Positions 60,077 through 64,000 of a stretch of DNA of 64,000 bases are shown here, piece by piece (the first letter of the stretch is position 1; each line of letters begins with the position of its first letter). The position numbers were made by a program, and so were the translations under genes. The notes under the pieces were generated by a model. That model saw only the letters and a program-made list of their open reading frames with translations, did no database searches and was not told where the DNA came from. The DNA is taken from the NCBI RefSeq assembly GCF_009914755.1, contig NC_060931.1; one strand, 5' to 3'. This stretch comes from the human T2T-CHM13v2.0 reference genome, Homo sapiens.

Positions 60077-61003
60077 GTAAGGAACAAATACTATGCAAAT
60101 TGCATGTTTTTTGTGTTTTTCTTTACTTTTCCTATTTAATACACATGTTGGTAGAAACCACCAAATTTACCTTTTTTTAAAGTGGCAAGAGCTATTTACA
60201 AAGACGAGGAACCAAAGGTTGGGAATTAATTATTTCTGTCTTCTTACTGTGGCTTTATGCCAATTTCAGGAGTTGAACTTGTCTTTGCTTTTGATGATAG
60301 GAGTTGATGATAAATAGAAAACTTATCAATTCTCTAGAATTTCTAGGGTAAGACCTATATTTATACTCCCAAGTTGTGGTTGAGTTTTAAGCTGGCCAGA
60401 TAACTTGGCATGTCTTGAGTGATGGCCAGGATAAAGACCTCTGTCTTCTTGAGAGATTGATGGTAGGAAGATTTGCATAGTAGGTAGGAAGGAAGGAAGG
60501 GATGGTAGATAGGAAGGAAAACTTTATCATAGGAAGAGTTTGTAAGAGATTGATTTACCTTGTGAAAAATAAAGTATGAGGTGAAATAATCATCTCAGAG
60601 TAGACCAAGGATATAGGTGTAAGAGGTTTAAAGAAAAATAGGAAAGGATGGGATAAAACAGTCATCTCAGAGACTAAGAAAGCAGATTTGTCAACAAAAT
60701 GTACTACGGGGTCCTACTGAGGACTCCTTTGAAGTGTAGGCATGATTACAGACTTAGAATGGACATTCCTATGTTGTTTCTGTGTAGGGAGGCATTTAGT
60801 CTTTTACCATTATGTGTAATGTTAGTTGCACGTTTTTTTTTGATGCCTTTTTTGGTTGAAGAGGTTGCTTTCTGTTCCAAGTTTGAGAATTTCTGTCATG
60901 ACTGGGTGTTGAATTTTGCTTGTGTTGTCCCCCTACCCCAGTGTTATTCATCTGATTACCAATTTTCTGGATTATTGTTGCTGCTGGTTTTTTCATAAAA
61001 TCA

Positions 61004-61298
<295 letters not shown>

Positions 61299-61797
61299 AA
61301 ATTAACTTTGCAGTTTAGTTTATATATATACGCACATATATCTATATTAGAATGCATTCATTATATGTGTACATTGTAACAAATTTTGACAAATTCATAA
61401 ACTCATAGAACCGTCACCAAAATGAAGACGAACAACATTTCTAACACTCCAGCACGTTCCTTGGCACTCCATCCTCCTTGGCACCCTCCCGTGTCAGTCC
61501 TCCTCCCCCACTTTGTACTAACTTTATCTCCTAGGAAACCACTGATCTGCTTTCTATCATAAAACATTGTACACGTTCTGAGCTTCATGGGAACTCTTTC
61601 ATCTATGACCTCTTTTGCTTCGCATAATACTTTTGTGATCTATCCATGTCTGGCATGTCTCAGTTCATTCCTTTTTATTGTTGAGTATGGGTATACCACA
61701 ATTTGTTTATCCAGTCACCTATTCCAGTTTTTGATTATTATAGGTAAAATTACTTAGAAAACATATATCTATATATTTGTTGTATCTAAATTATTAA

Positions 61798-63064
<1,267 letters not shown>

Positions 63065-63082
63065 TTTTCTTTCTTTCCCTCT

Positions 63083-63157
<75 letters not shown>

Positions 63158-63318
63158 CTTTCTTTCTTTCTTTCTTCTTTCTTTCTTTCTTTCTTGTCTT
63201 TCTTTCTTTTCTTTCTTTCTCTTTCTTTCTTGTCTTTCTTTTTTTCTTTTTCTTCCTTCCTTTCTCTCTCTCTCTCTCTTTCTTTCTCTCTCTCTCCTCT
63301 TTCTCCTTTTTCTTTCTT
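63065..63318. repeat. Expanded (TTTC)n/(TC)n microsatellite derived from an Alu tail
   Basis: ~250-bp almost pure pyrimidine tract immediately preceding antisense Alu 63319-63595. Confidence 0.95.
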
Positions 63319-63595
63319 TGAGTCTCGCTCTGTCACCCAGGTTAGAGTGGGCAATTGCGTGATCTCTGCTCACTGCAACCTCTTCTTCCTGGTTCAAGCA
63401 ATTCTCCTGCTTCAGCCTCCCAAGTAGCTGGGATTACAAGCGCCCGCCACCATGCTTGGCTAATTTTTTGTATTTTTAGTAAGGTTTCGCCACGTTGGCC
63501 AGGCTGGTCTCAAACTCCTGACCTTAGGTTATCTACCCGCCTCAGCCTCCCAAAGTGCTGGGATTTCAGGTGTCAGCCCACTACGTGGTGGCCAG
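63319..63595 (-). mobile_element. AluS
   Basis: Antisense Alu body. Confidence 0.85.
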
Positions 63596-63609
63596 GATTG
63601 ATACTTTTT

Positions 63610-64000
63610 CATCCTTAGAAATTTGATAGAATTTATCAGTGAAACTGTTGGGCCCAGAATTTTTTTTGTGGAAGAATTTAAATATGAATTCAATTGCTTT
63701 AATAGTTATAATTCAGATACTCAATTTTTTCTTGAGTCAGTTTGCATATATTTTGTTGTTTAAGGTATCAGATTTATTGACATAATTTGTCTCAATATTT
63801 CCTCATCATTTCAGTGCCTTTAAGATATGTTGCGATGTTGTTCCTCATGTCGATAATGTTTGTTTTTATTATTTTTTTAATCAATCTGCCTAGAGGTTTA
63901 TCAGTTTAATAGATTTTTGAAGAACTAGCTTTGGTTTCAATCATTTTCACTATTTTTCTATTTCACTGATTTCTACTCTTTATTGTTTTTTTCCTTCTCT
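63610..64000 (-). mobile_element. Old L1M ORF2 fragment
   Basis: ATAGAATTTATCAGTGAAACTGTTGGGCCCAG; CTAGAGGTTTATCAGTTT..TTTTGAAGAACTAGCTTTGGTTTCA. Confidence 0.7.

Noticed and set aside
59926-60180. 84-aa ORF overlapping the NCOR1-like exon
   Set aside because: Wrong frame; the NCOR1-homologous frame starts at 59969 and stops at 60019.

Overview
Primate DNA, almost certainly human or great ape (young L1PA, AluY/S/J, MER85). It looks like a mosaic of duplicated blocks typical of pericentromeric or acrocentric regions, and no intact protein-coding gene is present. Block A (1-37.7 kb) is AT-rich and Alu-poor, with L1, MaLR and solo-LTR debris and an unexplained ~230-bp-arm inverted repeat at 21-22 kb. 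Block B (38.5-44.4 kb) is a palindromic REP522-like element whose core is a mirror-symmetric bidirectional promoter (TATA<-3xCCAAT|3xCCAAT-octamer->TATA), with C-rich and G-rich degenerate tandem flanks, followed by MER85 and an ERV internal fragment. Block C (44.4-64 kb) is very Alu-dense and contains an unprocessed paralogous copy of the first coding exon of NCOR1 (59899-60076; MSSSGYPPNQGAFSTE*, premature stop), with no visible NCOR1 promoter or exon 1. The most interesting reading is a promoter-swap chimera in which the REP522 bidirectional promoter and a strong splice donor sit upstream of a 5'-truncated NCOR1 duplicate. Nearly all ORFs in the supplied track are artefacts of Alu, L1 or low-complexity sequence. 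All repeat family calls are by eye and need RepeatMasker/Dfam confirmation.
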